This document shows positions 48,539 to 59,464 of a DNA stretch of 64,000 nucleotides, in pieces. Below the pieces are notes generated by a model. That model did not search any database. It saw only the letters and a program-made list of their open reading frames with translations, and was not told the origin of the DNA. The stretch lies in IMG/VR virus record IMGVR_UViG_3300029787_000020; one strand, 5' to 3'. The translations under genes were made by a program, and so were the position numbers. Numbering within the stretch: position 1 is the first letter of the stretch; the number at the start of each line of letters is the position of its first letter. The stretch comes from an uncultured virus (IMG/VR IMGVR_UViG_3300029787_000020) (Duplodnaviria; Heunggongvirae; Uroviricota; Caudoviricetes).

Positions 48539-49408
48539 ATGAGTGTATATTTTTCCAGAGGGCCTAAACAAGAAAATGCTGGCCCTATCATACAGGTTCA
48601 TAGTGAGAGATCAGCTGGTGTTAGTGCAATTAATTATCAGGGTAAAAAAGCAAGTCCTAATAATTGGAAAGATATTACTACTCTTACGGTCAATAAAAAA
48701 TCAAATAATAGTATCATGCATCTTTCAATAAAAGGTTCTTGTCAAGCAAATAGTAGTGCTGCATCTCAAACAGTTCAGGTAACTGTCAGTAGGGATTCTG
48801 ATTTTACTTCAATTGTAAGTTTTGGTGGTAATAGTTATCAATTATCCAGCAATGGTTCGGCAAATTTTAATAATACATTTAATGGTGGCACTGAATATCA
48901 AGTAAGTTTTAATGCACCAACTGTTCGTGCTGTAAATATTACAAATAATGGTAAAACATTAGCAATAGATGATAATAATGATCCTTATGATAGTGATTTT
49001 AATGATTTAACAGTGACTGTTAATAAAGGACGTTTTGTTGCTGCTGAAGGTGTAATAGATAATATTGACCCTGATGTAAGCACTATTCACTATATACTAG
49101 ACATAGAAAGAGGTGGTGCAGGAATTAGAGTATCTAGAGATTCTGGTAGTGGTAATCCTGATGATGCAACCACAGTCATAGATTTGGGGGCAGCTACACC
49201 ATTTGCGTACCCTGCTAACTCTGTTTCCTTTAGTCATTTTTTTATGGATCAGGGTGTGTCATCTGGTACTTCTAGATATAGGTTACAATTACAATGTAAT
49301 AGATCATCTAATGCACCTAACAACAATGTTCAAATAAATGCTGATGCACAAGCGTCTCTAGAGGTAATAGAGGCTGGTGATGTAATTACTTCAAGCACAA
49401 ATCCTTAA
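48539..49408 (+). CDS. Fibre-associated hypothetical protein
   Basis: IIQVH..WKDI..SRYRLQ..SLEVIE pattern similar to the two preceding genes; DDNNDPYDSDFNDLTV acidic loop. Confidence 0.65.
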   Translation: MSVYFSRGPKQENAGPIIQVHSERSAGVSAINYQGKKASPNNWKDITTLTVNKKSNNSIMHLSIKGSCQANSSAASQTVQVTVSRDSDFTSIVSFGGNSYQLSSNGSANFNNTFNGGTEYQVSFNAPTVRAVNITNNGKTLAIDDNNDPYDSDFNDLTVTVNKGRFVAAEGVIDNIDPDVSTIHYILDIERGGAGIRVSRDSGSGNPDDATTVIDLGAATPFAYPANSVSFSHFFMDQGVSSGTSRYRLQLQCNRSSNAPNNNVQINADAQASLEVIEAGDVITSSTNP

Positions 49409-49438
49409 ACTGAAATACAATTAATTTATTAATTTATT

Positions 49439-50089
49439 ATGGAAAAAATTAAAACACAAACTAAAACACAAAAGTTCGATGAAAATAATATTTCTGAAAA
49501 AATTATTGATCATATAGGAATTTATGAAAATGCCTTTACCTCAGATGAATGTGATGAAATAATAAAAAGATTTGATAAAGCAGAAGGTGCATCTTACACA
49601 TTTAATGGTAGAGATCAATTTAGTCAGGGAAAACATGGAAGACATGATCATCAAATTTTTCTTGAGCACATAAATACACAATTTGCAGTGGATGTGATGA
49701 AAACCGTTACTCAAAGAACCTTTAACAAATATGTTATTCATTATCCAGAATTAGATCATGGTGATCCTTTAGGTTTATTCACATCAAAAATACAAAAAAC
49801 TGAAGTTGGGGGTGGTTATCATATTTGGCACTCTGAATCAAATTCATTTGATTGTAGAGATAGAGTTGTAGTTTGGATGTTATATTTAAATGATATTCCT
49901 ATAGAAAATGGAGGTGCCACAGAGTTTATCTACCAAAAATTATCCATACAACCAAAAAAAGGAACAATTGTTTTATGGCCAGCAACTTATACTCATACTC
50001 ATAGAGGTGGATTTTTAACGGGTGATACTCCAAAATATATTGCAACTGGATGGTATGTAAGAATGGCTCATGCAGATACAAATTTATAA
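49439..50089 (+). CDS. 2OG-Fe(II) oxygenase (prolyl-4-hydroxylase-like)
   Basis: GGGYHIWHSE, MLYLND, GGATEF, WPATYTHTHRG, KYIATGW. Confidence 0.9.
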   Translation: MEKIKTQTKTQKFDENNISEKIIDHIGIYENAFTSDECDEIIKRFDKAEGASYTFNGRDQFSQGKHGRHDHQIFLEHINTQFAVDVMKTVTQRTFNKYVIHYPELDHGDPLGLFTSKIQKTEVGGGYHIWHSESNSFDCRDRVVVWMLYLNDIPIENGGATEFIYQKLSIQPKKGTIVLWPATYTHTHRGGFLTGDTPKYIATGWYVRMAHADTNL

Positions 50090-50100
50090 TTTGACCGATG

Positions 50101-50108
50101 TATAAATA
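50101..50108 (+). promoter_or_regulatory. T4-type late promoter
   Basis: TATAAATA. Confidence 0.7.
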
Positions 50109-50130
50109 TCGAGTGAATATGGAGTAAATT

Positions 50131-50244
50131 TTGGAAAAGGAAATAAAGACACTAGAAAAATTACATGATGATAATCATAAAGAATATGAAGAAGAAGATG
50201 AATTTATTATATTACATACAAGAGGTGGAAGTGCGGAGAGTTGA
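50131..50244 (+). CDS. Possible 37-aa acidic micro-ORF
   Basis: GGAG then TTG start; (M)EKEIKTLEKLHDDNHKEYEEEDEFIILHTRGGSAES. Confidence 0.4.
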   Translation: MEKEIKTLEKLHDDNHKEYEEEDEFIILHTRGGSAES

Positions 50245-50297
50245 TATTTTTAGCTAACTAAATAAGATATAGTAATAATTTTAGTAGTCATAATCCC

Positions 50298-53200
50298 ATG
50301 CCTCTGAATAAATTAGATAATTTCATAAAAAACACTGAGGGTCGTATTCTTTATGTGAGCCCGAGTGATTTAGATTCCTCTGATAGTATTGATAATCAGG
50401 GTAATTCTCTCGCTAGACCATTTAAAACCTTGCAAAGAGCTTTAATTGAGTCTGCGAGATTTTCTTATATTAAAGGAAGAAGTAATGATAGTGTAGAAAA
50501 AACCACTGTTCTTTTAATGCCTGGTGAGCATACCATAGATAATAGGCCTGGATTTCAATGTTTTGATTCTTCTGGAGTTGCTAAAGTTAAATCTCCTGGA
50601 GGTGTTGAGAGTAATGCAAACATTACACTAGATTTAAACTTAAATACTAATTTTGATTTAACACAAGAAGATAATATACTTTATAAATTTAATAGTACTA
50701 ATGGTGGTGTAATTGTTCCACGAGGAACTTCAGTTGTTGGTTTAGATTTAAGAAAGACAAAAATAAGACCATTATATGTTCCAAATCCTACTGATATTAA
50801 TGTACCCACATCATCTATTTTCAGAATAACTGGTACTTGTTACTTTTGGCAATTCTCCATATTTGATGGAAATGAAAACTCTCTAGTATATACAAACAAT
50901 ACAGATTTTGGTGATACTAAAAAATCGATACCAACATTTTCACATAATAAATTAACTGTATTTGAATATGCTGATGGTGTTAATAATGTAAGTACCTATG
51001 GTATTACAGATCTTGATATGTATTATGCTAAATTGTCTAATGCATATAATACTGCCTCCACTAGAGAAATAGAGCAATCAGAAAAATACCCACAAGATGC
51101 CCTTGCATTTGAAAAACAAAGACCAGAATATGAAATTGTTGGTGCATTTGCAGCAGATCCATTAGAACTTACCTCAATAGAAGCTGGTTCTGGTGGTGTG
51201 GTTACATCAGTTGTAACCGTAAGAACTAAAATAGCACATGGTTTTCAAGTTGGAACACCTATTAAAATTAGAGGAGTTATCCCAACAAACTATAATATAT
51301 CGGCAATAGTCACATCTATTAATTTAAGTAATGATAAAGAATTTACTTATTCTTTACAAAGTTTTCCTTTAGATTTAAAAGTAGGAAATGTTGCTTCAGC
51401 AACAGCAACTATTGAAACTGATACTGTATTTGGTGCATCTCCATATATCTTTAATATTTCAATGAGATCCGTTTATGGATTAAATGGTTTACATGCGGAT
51501 GGAGACAAGGCAACAGGATTTCGTTCGATGGTTGTTGCTCAATTCACTGGTGTATCTCTACAAAAAGATGATCGTGCCTTCGTAGAATATGATAGTTCAA
51601 CTAGAAGTTATAATAAAATAGCGGTAGGTTCTGCTGTTTATGGTTCAGATTTATCTAGTGGATCATCTGCAACTGCCACAGGACAGGTATATCATTTAAA
51701 TTCTGGGGCAATATATCGAGATGGATGGGAAACATGTCATATTAAAATGTCAAATGATGCAGTTTTACAGATAGTTTCTGTATTTGCAATTGGATATGCT
51801 AAACATTTTGCTGCAGAAAGTGGTGCAGACGCATCAATTACAAACTCAAACTCAAACTTTGGTCAATTAGCACTCATATCAGATGGATTTAAGAGGGAAG
51901 CATTTGCAAAAGATGATAAAGGATTTATTACCTCTGTAATACCACCAAGAGCTATAGATACAGAAGAAGAAGAACTTGATTGGGTATCAATTGCTGCCAC
52001 TAATGATGTTGCTTCTACTAGTACTAAATTATATTTACATGGATATAAATCAAAAGATGTTGAACCTTTAGTTATCACTCAGGGTTATAGAGTTGGTGCA
52101 AAAGTAAATGATAAAATTTATTTACCCAACAATACTAATACACCATATGAAGCATCAATTGTAATGGAAGATGGTAGTAGTTCATTTAAATCATATACTG
52201 TTACTGATGAACCTGATGAAAATTCAAATTCTTTCTTTATAGCATCTAATAATTTAGTAACTGGAGAAAAAGTAATTATTGTTAGTGATGATGGTGATTT
52301 GCCAGAAAATCTTGAAACTAATAAAGTTTATTACATTATAAAAGAGGGAGCTACTAGAGTTAAATTGGCATCTTCAGAGGCAAATGCTAATAATTCATCA
52401 GAAATTTCTGTTTCTTTTGGAACTAATCTTAAAATTATTACAAGAGTTTCTGATAAGTCGGCTGGAGAGGTAGGACATCCCGTCCAATATGATGATGCTA
52501 ATAATAATTGGTTTATCAATGTTGCATCATCTGGTAATACTATTACAAGTAATCTTACTACATCCGAAAGTGAAATTACATTTATAAAAAGAACAGAGGA
52601 TACTAGAGGTTTAGATGAAAAACTTTATAAGTTAAGAATTGTTATTCCTAAAGAAACCGTAAATGGAAAACCTCCTGAGAATGGTTTTATAATTCAAGAA
52701 TCAAGTTCAACAGGTTTTGAACTTGATAGTGATGCCACTAAGAATGATACATTAACAACTAAAAACTATAGATTTGATAGAAATCCAAGATTTATTAGTA
52801 CATGTTCTTACTCCAATCCAACTATAACTGTTGTATCAGAAATACCACATGGTTTAAATACTGATGATCTTGTTATTGTTAAAAATGTAACAGATACCAC
52901 CAATACCACTGGTGCGATAAATGCTGGATATAATGGAACATTTAAGGTAACTGGTGTTACCGATGATATGACATTTACATATGGTAAAACTGATGTAAAT
53001 GGAATTGAACGCTCTCCTAGTGCATTCCTCACTAATGATGATAGAACAACTAGATCTACATCTTCACCCAGATTTGAAAAAAATGATCTACAAACAAATT
53101 ATTATATCTATAGAAAAGAAGTAATTTCAGACTACGAACAAGATATTACGGATGGAATATATCATGTATATGCATTGTCAGCAGATAAAAAACTTCCTAT

Positions 53201-55661
53201 AGAATTTGATAATTTAGAATATAGTCAAAATGTAGTTAATCTTTATCCTCAATTAGATAGAGATAATGTAAATGATAATCCACAATCTACAAAATCTTTT
53301 GCTGCGAGATCTCCTCTTGGTAAAGTTGATACTGATGATTTGAAAAAGAGTTTAACCAGAGAGAGTTTGGATGATTATACTAAATCTTCTAATATTGGTA
53401 AACTTGTATCAACCAATGGAACTGGTGCAGATCCAACAATTACATTTAGTAGGAGACATGGTTTATCTGGTATAGCAACTGGATCTATAAATGATGCTAG
53501 TAGTGGGGCAAATGGTAGTTCGGCAGGAGTAATAAACAATGTAAAATTACTCACAACTAATCCTTTAGAATCATCTGGTGGAGTATGGCAAGGTGCTACT
53601 GGAGACGCAACATTTAATGCCTCTGGTGAATTAACAAACTTTAAAATTGTTTCTAAAGGTTCTGCTCATACCAATGATCAATTATTATATCTTGATAATA
53701 GTGTAGTTGGTGCTGGTGGTGGTGGTGCACAATTTAGGGTTGGTATTTCTGATGGCGTAGGTACGGTTCTTCAATTTACTGGTATTGGAACAGCTTCTGA
53801 TAGTTATCACAGAGTAACAAGCGTATCTAGTGATACTCAAGTTGTAATTGCAAAAACGGCATCAGATCCTGATATTCTTTCAGGACAATATGCAATAGAA
53901 ATAGGCCCAGTAATTTCTGTCTCATCTGCATCACAAAATGGTGCTGACACCACATTTAATACTACGGAAGCACATGGTTTAGTTGTTGGTAATAAGTTTA
54001 GAATACTGACTGTTGATAACGTAAACGTAGGAGATTTTGTTGTAAAATCAGTTGTTGATGTTGATACCTTCACAGCAACAACAACTTATGTTGCTTCTGC
54101 ATTATTAGTTTCTAGTACAGCACCGAAATATATTCTAAAACATGGATATTCTTCTAATGCTGGTAGTTCTGATGCATCTGATGAAAATCTTGGTTCAAGA
54201 TCTCTAACATTCTATGATAATGAATATGCATATGTTGATAGTAGTACAAAAGTTGAAGTTGGAGATTCTACTGTTAAAATTGATCTTCCTGGATCTTTAA
54301 CTAATATTGAAGATAGATTTTCATATGGTTCTTATATTGAAATTGATGATGAAATAATGCGAGTTGCATCACCAACAGTGACTAACGATAAAATTACTGT
54401 TATTAGAGGTGCACTAGCAACAGGTATTTCATCTCATGATGCTAGTTCATTAATTAGAAGAATTAAACCACTACCTGTTGAATTCCGTAGACAATCTATT
54501 TTACGTGCATCTGGTCATACATTTGAATATCTTGGATATGGGCCTGGTAACTATTCAACAGCACTACCACAAGTACAAGACAGAACTCTTACGGCAAATG
54601 AGGAATATTTAGCACAATCACAAGAAAAAGCTGCTGGTGCTGTTGTTTATACTGGTATGAACAGCAAGGGTGATTTTTATATTGGAAATACTAAAAAATC
54701 TGCTTTAACTGGTGAAGAAATTAACTTTGATATTCCTGTTCCAACAATTACAGGAGAAAATCCTTCCAACTTAAGTGTGGTATTTGATGAAGTAACCATT
54801 AAAGAACGTATAGTAGTAGAAGGTGGAGATTCTGGTCAGGTTCTCTCTCAATTTGATGGGCCAGTAACTTTTAACAATTCTATTAAAGTTATTGATCTTT
54901 TAGTTGGTAATAAGATAAAACTTGCAAAAGATACAGCATCTATAAGTTTTACAACAGGTTCTTTAGTAATTGAAGGTGGTGTTGGTATTGCCAAATCTGT
55001 ATTTGTTGGCCAAGGTTTACATGCAAGTTCATTAAATGTTACTGGTGATATTAGTGGTGCTGATGTTACTTGTTCTGATATTAATGCTGTGGGTGTCGTT
55101 ACTGCTACTGGTGGTACATTTGGTAATATTGGAATAGGTACAGATGATAATCAAACTGTTACAACATCAAGTGGTAAACTTATACTAGATGCTGCTACAA
55201 ATGAAGTTGAAATTAATGCCGACCTTGACCACAATGGAGATTTAGATACATCTGGTTCAGGAACATTTGGTAGCACAGGAACATTTGGTGGTAATTTATC
55301 TGTAACAGGTACAGGTACATTTACAGGTGATATAACAGCATTAACTTCTGATATTAGACTTAAGGATGATATTTCACCTATAACAGAGGCTCTTGAAAAA
55401 GTTAAATCAATTAGTGGATTTACTTATAAGCATAATGAACTCGCTAAGACCGCATGTAATCTTGATACTGGAGATCAAAGATTTGCTGGTGTATCTGCTC
55501 AAGAAATACAAGCAATTCTTCCAGAAGCAGTTAAACCTGCTCCAAGTAATAATGAATATCTAACTGTTCAGTACGAGAAATTAGTACCGTTATTAATTGA
55601 ATCAGTTAAAGAATTGTCTGCTAAGGTAGATAATCTTGAACAAAAACTATCAGATAAATAA
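50298..55661 (+). CDS. Large virion structural/fibre protein with C-terminal intramolecular chaperone (S74-type)
   Basis: MPLNKLDNFIKNTEGRILYV, SPYIFNIS, SMVVAQFTG, ASGHTFEYLGYGPGNY; C-terminal SDIRLKDDI..GVSAQEI..LPEAV..V.YEKLVPLLIE. Confidence 0.85.
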   Translation: MPLNKLDNFIKNTEGRILYVSPSDLDSSDSIDNQGNSLARPFKTLQRALIESARFSYIKGRSNDSVEKTTVLLMPGEHTIDNRPGFQCFDSSGVAKVKSPGGVESNANITLDLNLNTNFDLTQEDNILYKFNSTNGGVIVPRGTSVVGLDLRKTKIRPLYVPNPTDINVPTSSIFRITGTCYFWQFSIFDGNENSLVYTNNTDFGDTKKSIPTFSHNKLTVFEYADGVNNVSTYGITDLDMYYAKLSNAYNTASTREIEQSEKYPQDALAFEKQRPEYEIVGAFAADPLELTSIEAGSGGVVTSVVTVRTKIAHGFQVGTPIKIRGVIPTNYNISAIVTSINLSNDKEFTYSLQSFPLDLKVGNVASATATIETDTVFGASPYIFNISMRSVYGLNGLHADGDKATGFRSMVVAQFTGVSLQKDDRAFVEYDSSTRSYNKIAVGSAVYGSDLSSGSSATATGQVYHLNSGAIYRDGWETCHIKMSNDAVLQIVSVFAIGYAKHFAAESGADASITNSNSNFGQLALISDGFKREAFAKDDKGFITSVIPPRAIDTEEEELDWVSIAATNDVASTSTKLYLHGYKSKDVEPLVITQGYRVGAKVNDKIYLPNNTNTPYEASIVMEDGSSSFKSYTVTDEPDENSNSFFIASNNLVTGEKVIIVSDDGDLPENLETNKVYYIIKEGATRVKLASSEANANNSSEISVSFGTNLKIITRVSDKSAGEVGHPVQYDDANNNWFINVASSGNTITSNLTTSESEITFIKRTEDTRGLDEKLYKLRIVIPKETVNGKPPENGFIIQESSSTGFELDSDATKNDTLTTKNYRFDRNPRFISTCSYSNPTITVVSEIPHGLNTDDLVIVKNVTDTTNTTGAINAGYNGTFKVTGVTDDMTFTYGKTDVNGIERSPSAFLTNDDRTTRSTSSPRFEKNDLQTNYYIYRKEVISDYEQDITDGIYHVYALSADKKLPIEFDNLEYSQNVVNLYPQLDRDNVNDNPQSTKSFAARSPLGKVDTDDLKKSLTRESLDDYTKSSNIGKLVSTNGTGADPTITFSRRHGLSGIATGSINDASSGANGSSAGVINNVKLLTTNPLESSGGVWQGATGDATFNASGELTNFKIVSKGSAHTNDQLLYLDNSVVGAGGGGAQFRVGISDGVGTVLQFTGIGTASDSYHRVTSVSSDTQVVIAKTASDPDILSGQYAIEIGPVISVSSASQNGADTTFNTTEAHGLVVGNKFRILTVDNVNVGDFVVKSVVDVDTFTATTTYVASALLVSSTAPKYILKHGYSSNAGSSDASDENLGSRSLTFYDNEYAYVDSSTKVEVGDSTVKIDLPGSLTNIEDRFSYGSYIEIDDEIMRVASPTVTNDKITVIRGALATGISSHDASSLIRRIKPLPVEFRRQSILRASGHTFEYLGYGPGNYSTALPQVQDRTLTANEEYLAQSQEKAAGAVVYTGMNSKGDFYIGNTKKSALTGEEINFDIPVPTITGENPSNLSVVFDEVTIKERIVVEGGDSGQVLSQFDGPVTFNNSIKVIDLLVGNKIKLAKDTASISFTTGSLVIEGGVGIAKSVFVGQGLHASSLNVTGDISGADVTCSDINAVGVVTATGGTFGNIGIGTDDNQTVTTSSGKLILDAATNEVEINADLDHNGDLDTSGSGTFGSTGTFGGNLSVTGTGTFTGDITALTSDIRLKDDISPITEALEKVKSISGFTYKHNELAKTACNLDTGDQRFAGVSAQEIQAILPEAVKPAPSNNEYLTVQYEKLVPLLIESVKELSAKVDNLEQKLSDK

Positions 55662-55679
55662 TTAAAAATGTAGCTATCA

Positions 55680-57689
55680 ATGGCAAATTATAATAAGTCA
55701 TTCAATTTTAGGAATGGAGTACAAGTTGATAATAATAATTTTGTTGTAAATGCAAACGGGCTAGTTGGAATAGGAACCTCAATTCCATCTACTTTTTTAG
55801 ATGTTCATGGTAATTCTGAACTTCGAGGAGATGTTACTGTAAGTGGAGAGATTAATGCAAGTGGATTAGTAACATCCACACAATTATATGTAAATGGACA
55901 ATCAGAGCTTGAAGGACAATTAGATGTTACTGGTATTACTACTTTTGGAAGTAGTGTATCTGTAGGTAGTTCCATTACTATAGGAACTGGTGTAACAATT
56001 GAGGGGTCAAATGGACAGGCAACATTTATTGGAGTTGTTACCGCATCTAAGTTTGTGGGTGATGGTGGTTCATTATCTAATATAATAGGATTTTCAACCC
56101 AAGCATGGATACTTGATCGGGCAATAAATGCCATAGATCCTTTAAGTGGACTTGCAACAGTTACGAGTATTGGAATAGGCACAACACAGGCAAATGCTTT
56201 ATATGATTTAGTAATTGGGCAAGATCCTAATGATTCAAAAGAAGGAATCTCTTTTGATGGTTCAACTGGTAATATTAGATCTAGTGGTATTATAACTGCT
56301 ACTACCTTTAGTGGGCCTTTAACTGGTGCTGTTACTGGGAGTGTTACTGGAAATGTTACTGGGGATGTCACTGGTAATATAAGTGGAGTAGCTGGAACTT
56401 TCTTATATTCAGATACTACAAATTTAGAAGTAACTGGTCTTTCTACATTTACTGGTGCTATAGACGCAAATGGAAATTTAGATGTTGATGGTTATACTGA
56501 ATTAGATGATCTTAATGTCTCTGGTATTTCTACATTTATTGGACTACTTAATGCCAAGGGTGATGTATCACTCGGAGATATATCAACTGACACAATATTA
56601 GTTGGTGCAAGATTTAATTCACATCTTATTCCTAAAACTGATGATAGTAGGGATTTAGGTTCTTCTGCATTACAGTGGAAAGATTTATATTTATCGGGAG
56701 TATCAAGCAGTGCTACTTTAAGAGTTAATCAGGGTTTTGCTGAAATCATTAATACTACTGGTGTTTCAACCGTAAGTATTGGTCAATCTGTAGGAGTTGG
56801 TAATAGTAGTGCTGGTTTAAGATTTGGAAATCCATCTAAGAACTTTGATATTATTAACTATGATAATGGTAATGTTAATACATTTATTGATTTAAATGAA
56901 GTCGGACTTAGCACTGGTAATTTTAGATGGATTCATAAAAATAGTAATGTAAGAATGACTCTTACATATGATGGAAATTTGGGTATTGGAGAACCGTCTC
57001 CCGAACATAAGCTTCATGTTGCAGGTATATCTACATTTGAAGGTGCTGCACATTTTGAATCTGGTGTGACTGTTGATGGAACACTCACAGCACAGAATTT
57101 TAGTCCTAGTCAAATAACAAATGCAACTATAATCAATAATAGTGGTATATCAACATACTATAATCTTAATGCTACAAATTTCATAGGAATTAATTCTTCA
57201 ATTCCAATATCAGGATTTGATGCTCAGGATGCAACAGGTTATCTTAACGCTGTTGGAATTAATACCATATCATTATATGGTAATACATTAGCAGTTGATG
57301 GAAATGCTGCATTTACAGGTACTTTGGGTATTGGAACCACTGCTCTTTCAAATATAGGATACGGTGCTTTGGGAGCATTTCAAGTTCATGGTGGAGATGT
57401 CTTAATTAATAATGGAAGTTTATTATTAAATAATGATACTAGTTCGGGTTCAAGTATTGGTATAGGAACCACAACTCCACTTTGTGCGGTTGATTTTTCC
57501 CAAGCAGGTGCGGGAATTGGTACAAATGCTTACATGTTACCACCAAAAATTACTACTCCTCAAAGAGATGGAACTGGTGGAAATGTTGGATTATCAACTG
57601 TTTCTGGAGCATTAATTTATAACACTACTACTAGTAAATTGCAAGTATATAATGGAACTGCATGGGAAACTATTACTTCTAGCACTTAG
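55680..57689 (+). CDS. Tail-fibre-like structural protein
   Basis: KSFNFRNGVQVD..GLVGIGT; C-terminal LPPKIT..GALIYNTTTSKLQVYNGTAW; late box at 55653. Confidence 0.8.
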   Translation: MANYNKSFNFRNGVQVDNNNFVVNANGLVGIGTSIPSTFLDVHGNSELRGDVTVSGEINASGLVTSTQLYVNGQSELEGQLDVTGITTFGSSVSVGSSITIGTGVTIEGSNGQATFIGVVTASKFVGDGGSLSNIIGFSTQAWILDRAINAIDPLSGLATVTSIGIGTTQANALYDLVIGQDPNDSKEGISFDGSTGNIRSSGIITATTFSGPLTGAVTGSVTGNVTGDVTGNISGVAGTFLYSDTTNLEVTGLSTFTGAIDANGNLDVDGYTELDDLNVSGISTFIGLLNAKGDVSLGDISTDTILVGARFNSHLIPKTDDSRDLGSSALQWKDLYLSGVSSSATLRVNQGFAEIINTTGVSTVSIGQSVGVGNSSAGLRFGNPSKNFDIINYDNGNVNTFIDLNEVGLSTGNFRWIHKNSNVRMTLTYDGNLGIGEPSPEHKLHVAGISTFEGAAHFESGVTVDGTLTAQNFSPSQITNATIINNSGISTYYNLNATNFIGINSSIPISGFDAQDATGYLNAVGINTISLYGNTLAVDGNAAFTGTLGIGTTALSNIGYGALGAFQVHGGDVLINNGSLLLNNDTSSGSSIGIGTTTPLCAVDFSQAGAGIGTNAYMLPPKITTPQRDGTGGNVGLSTVSGALIYNTTTSKLQVYNGTAWETITSST

Positions 57690-57691
57690 AG

Positions 57692-59026
57692 ATGGCACAT
57701 TCCGTAACCAAATCAGGCCCTTATTTTGAGGGTAGTGGACAAATTAACTTTAGTGATTTAAGAAGTACTTTTAGAGGTGCTTCATCTGCTTCAATAAGTG
57801 CATCTGATTTATTAAGAAAAACTGAGAATACTATAGAATCTCCAGTCGTGCCTGATTGCACAGAAAATGCTGCGGTGGCAGAATCTGAAAACTGGAAAGT
57901 CTCTCAGATGAGGGGAACTATTAAAGATTATAAGATTACTCAAACAAGCAGTAATAGTCAATTAGATGGAACCAGTATAGAATGGAATGGAAATCTTACA
58001 AAAAATATCAGAAAAGTATATAATATACAGGGTACTATTTCATCAACTTCAATTAATAACAAGGCTTTAACATTTGAACTAGATAATATAATTAATTTAA
58101 ATATTAATATTAGTTCGACTGCGAATATATTTGGTGCTGGTGGTTTAGGTGGGCCGTATGTACAATCTGGTTCAACATTTTTAAATGGTTCTGATGGTGG
58201 TGATGCCATTCAATTTAATTCAAGTGGTGGTAAAAATAATAAAATAATTCTCTCAAATACTAATTCATTAACTGTTGCTGGTGGCGGTGGTGGCGGTGGA
58301 AATGGTGGAAATGGTGCAGATGGAGCTACTGGCCCTTGTTGGAAACCAAGAATTAATGCTGTTAGTGGTAGTTATACTGGTAATAAAGGCCCACAAGGTC
58401 AAATAGTAGATGATTATAGTCCTGGCCCTTGGGGTGAGTGGTACACCTATAAAATAGGTGGTAGTTGTCAATGTGAATACTATTCTGCGTGTCCTGATCC
58501 TTCAACTGATGGTACAAGAAATGCACCTATAACAATCAGGGGAACCACATATAATACTAGAGGTCGTAATTCTTCTGGTGGTTCTTCAACAACAGGAACA
58601 GTTGGATCTGGTACATTTTCAAGTAATCGTGCAGGAGGTGGATGTAACTGTTGGGGTTGGGGATTTGTATGTCATAACACATGTATAGATGGTGCTTATT
58701 GTGCAGTCGAAGATCCCATTGAAACAAGAGGTGGAAAAGGTGGATCTGGTGGTGCTGGTGCTAATGGTCAAGGATTTAATCAATCAAAACAAAATGGTAG
58801 CAATGGAACTGCTGGTGAAGCAAAAAATTGCCCCACTATTGGAAGTGCTGGTGGAGATGGTGGAAAAGGTGGAAATGGTGGAAGTTTTGGAGAGCCAGGC
58901 CAAAATGGTGGTGGTATTAATTTTTATAGTGGTGGAAATGCTGGTAGGGCAATACGTGGAACTGGATATACCGTAGAAGGAGTAAATGCTGATAATTTAA
59001 AAGGAGGTTATCTCCCAGATGTTTAG
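57692..59026 (+). CDS. Gly/Cys-rich adhesin-like tip protein
   Basis: INFSDLR..F N-terminus, poly-Gly segments flanking a Cys/Trp-rich core. Confidence 0.7.
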   Translation: MAHSVTKSGPYFEGSGQINFSDLRSTFRGASSASISASDLLRKTENTIESPVVPDCTENAAVAESENWKVSQMRGTIKDYKITQTSSNSQLDGTSIEWNGNLTKNIRKVYNIQGTISSTSINNKALTFELDNIINLNINISSTANIFGAGGLGGPYVQSGSTFLNGSDGGDAIQFNSSGGKNNKIILSNTNSLTVAGGGGGGGNGGNGADGATGPCWKPRINAVSGSYTGNKGPQGQIVDDYSPGPWGEWYTYKIGGSCQCEYYSACPDPSTDGTRNAPITIRGTTYNTRGRNSSGGSSTTGTVGSGTFSSNRAGGGCNCWGWGFVCHNTCIDGAYCAVEDPIETRGGKGGSGGAGANGQGFNQSKQNGSNGTAGEAKNCPTIGSAGGDGGKGGNGGSFGEPGQNGGGINFYSGGNAGRAIRGTGYTVEGVNADNLKGGYLPDV

Positions 59027-59053
59027 ATAAATAAATTGACTTGAGTATGTAAC

Positions 59054-59452
59054 ATGTCTGACTATCCTTCTTTACAAAAACAAGGTAAAAATTTATTAAA
59101 AACTGTATCAGATCTTTTAAATAAATCTAAAAAACCTTTCGTATCTGATGAAATATCTAAAGAGAGAATGGAAATATGTACGAGATGTATATATTATGAC
59201 ATATCTCAAATTCGTTGTAAAAAATGTGGTTGTTTTCTTAAACCAAAAACTAAATTTGCAGTGAATGGTTGTCCTATTGGTGCATGGCCAATTCTTGATG
59301 AAGAATGGGTTAAATATAATCAACCATCAATCTCAATCAAAATTTTTGGTTCTTACATATATTTTTACATCCCACATAGGTTATCAAAATTTCTTGTCAA
59401 AATTAAAAAACTTATAGATACCTTTGTAAGGTTTGTACGGAAGGCTCTATAA
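59054..59452 (+). CDS. Cys-rich protein (possible chaperone of the preceding gene)
   Basis: RMEICTRC..RCKKCGCFL..K....CPIGAW. Confidence 0.7.
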   Translation: MSDYPSLQKQGKNLLKTVSDLLNKSKKPFVSDEISKERMEICTRCIYYDISQIRCKKCGCFLKPKTKFAVNGCPIGAWPILDEEWVKYNQPSISIKIFGSYIYFYIPHRLSKFLVKIKKLIDTFVRFVRKAL

Positions 59453-59464
59453 TTTTCTAAAGGA

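Noticed and set aside
6971..57689. Diversity-generating retroelement or invertase-based fibre switching
   Set aside because: No reverse transcriptase or recombinase in the window; the repeats are direct and show no adenine-specific variation
4127..59026. Numerous opposite-strand or alternate-frame ORFs (e.g. 8155..8592, 31773..32339, 55805..56371)
   Set aside because: Shadows of Gly/Thr/Val-rich fibre genes with no independent motifs or start signals
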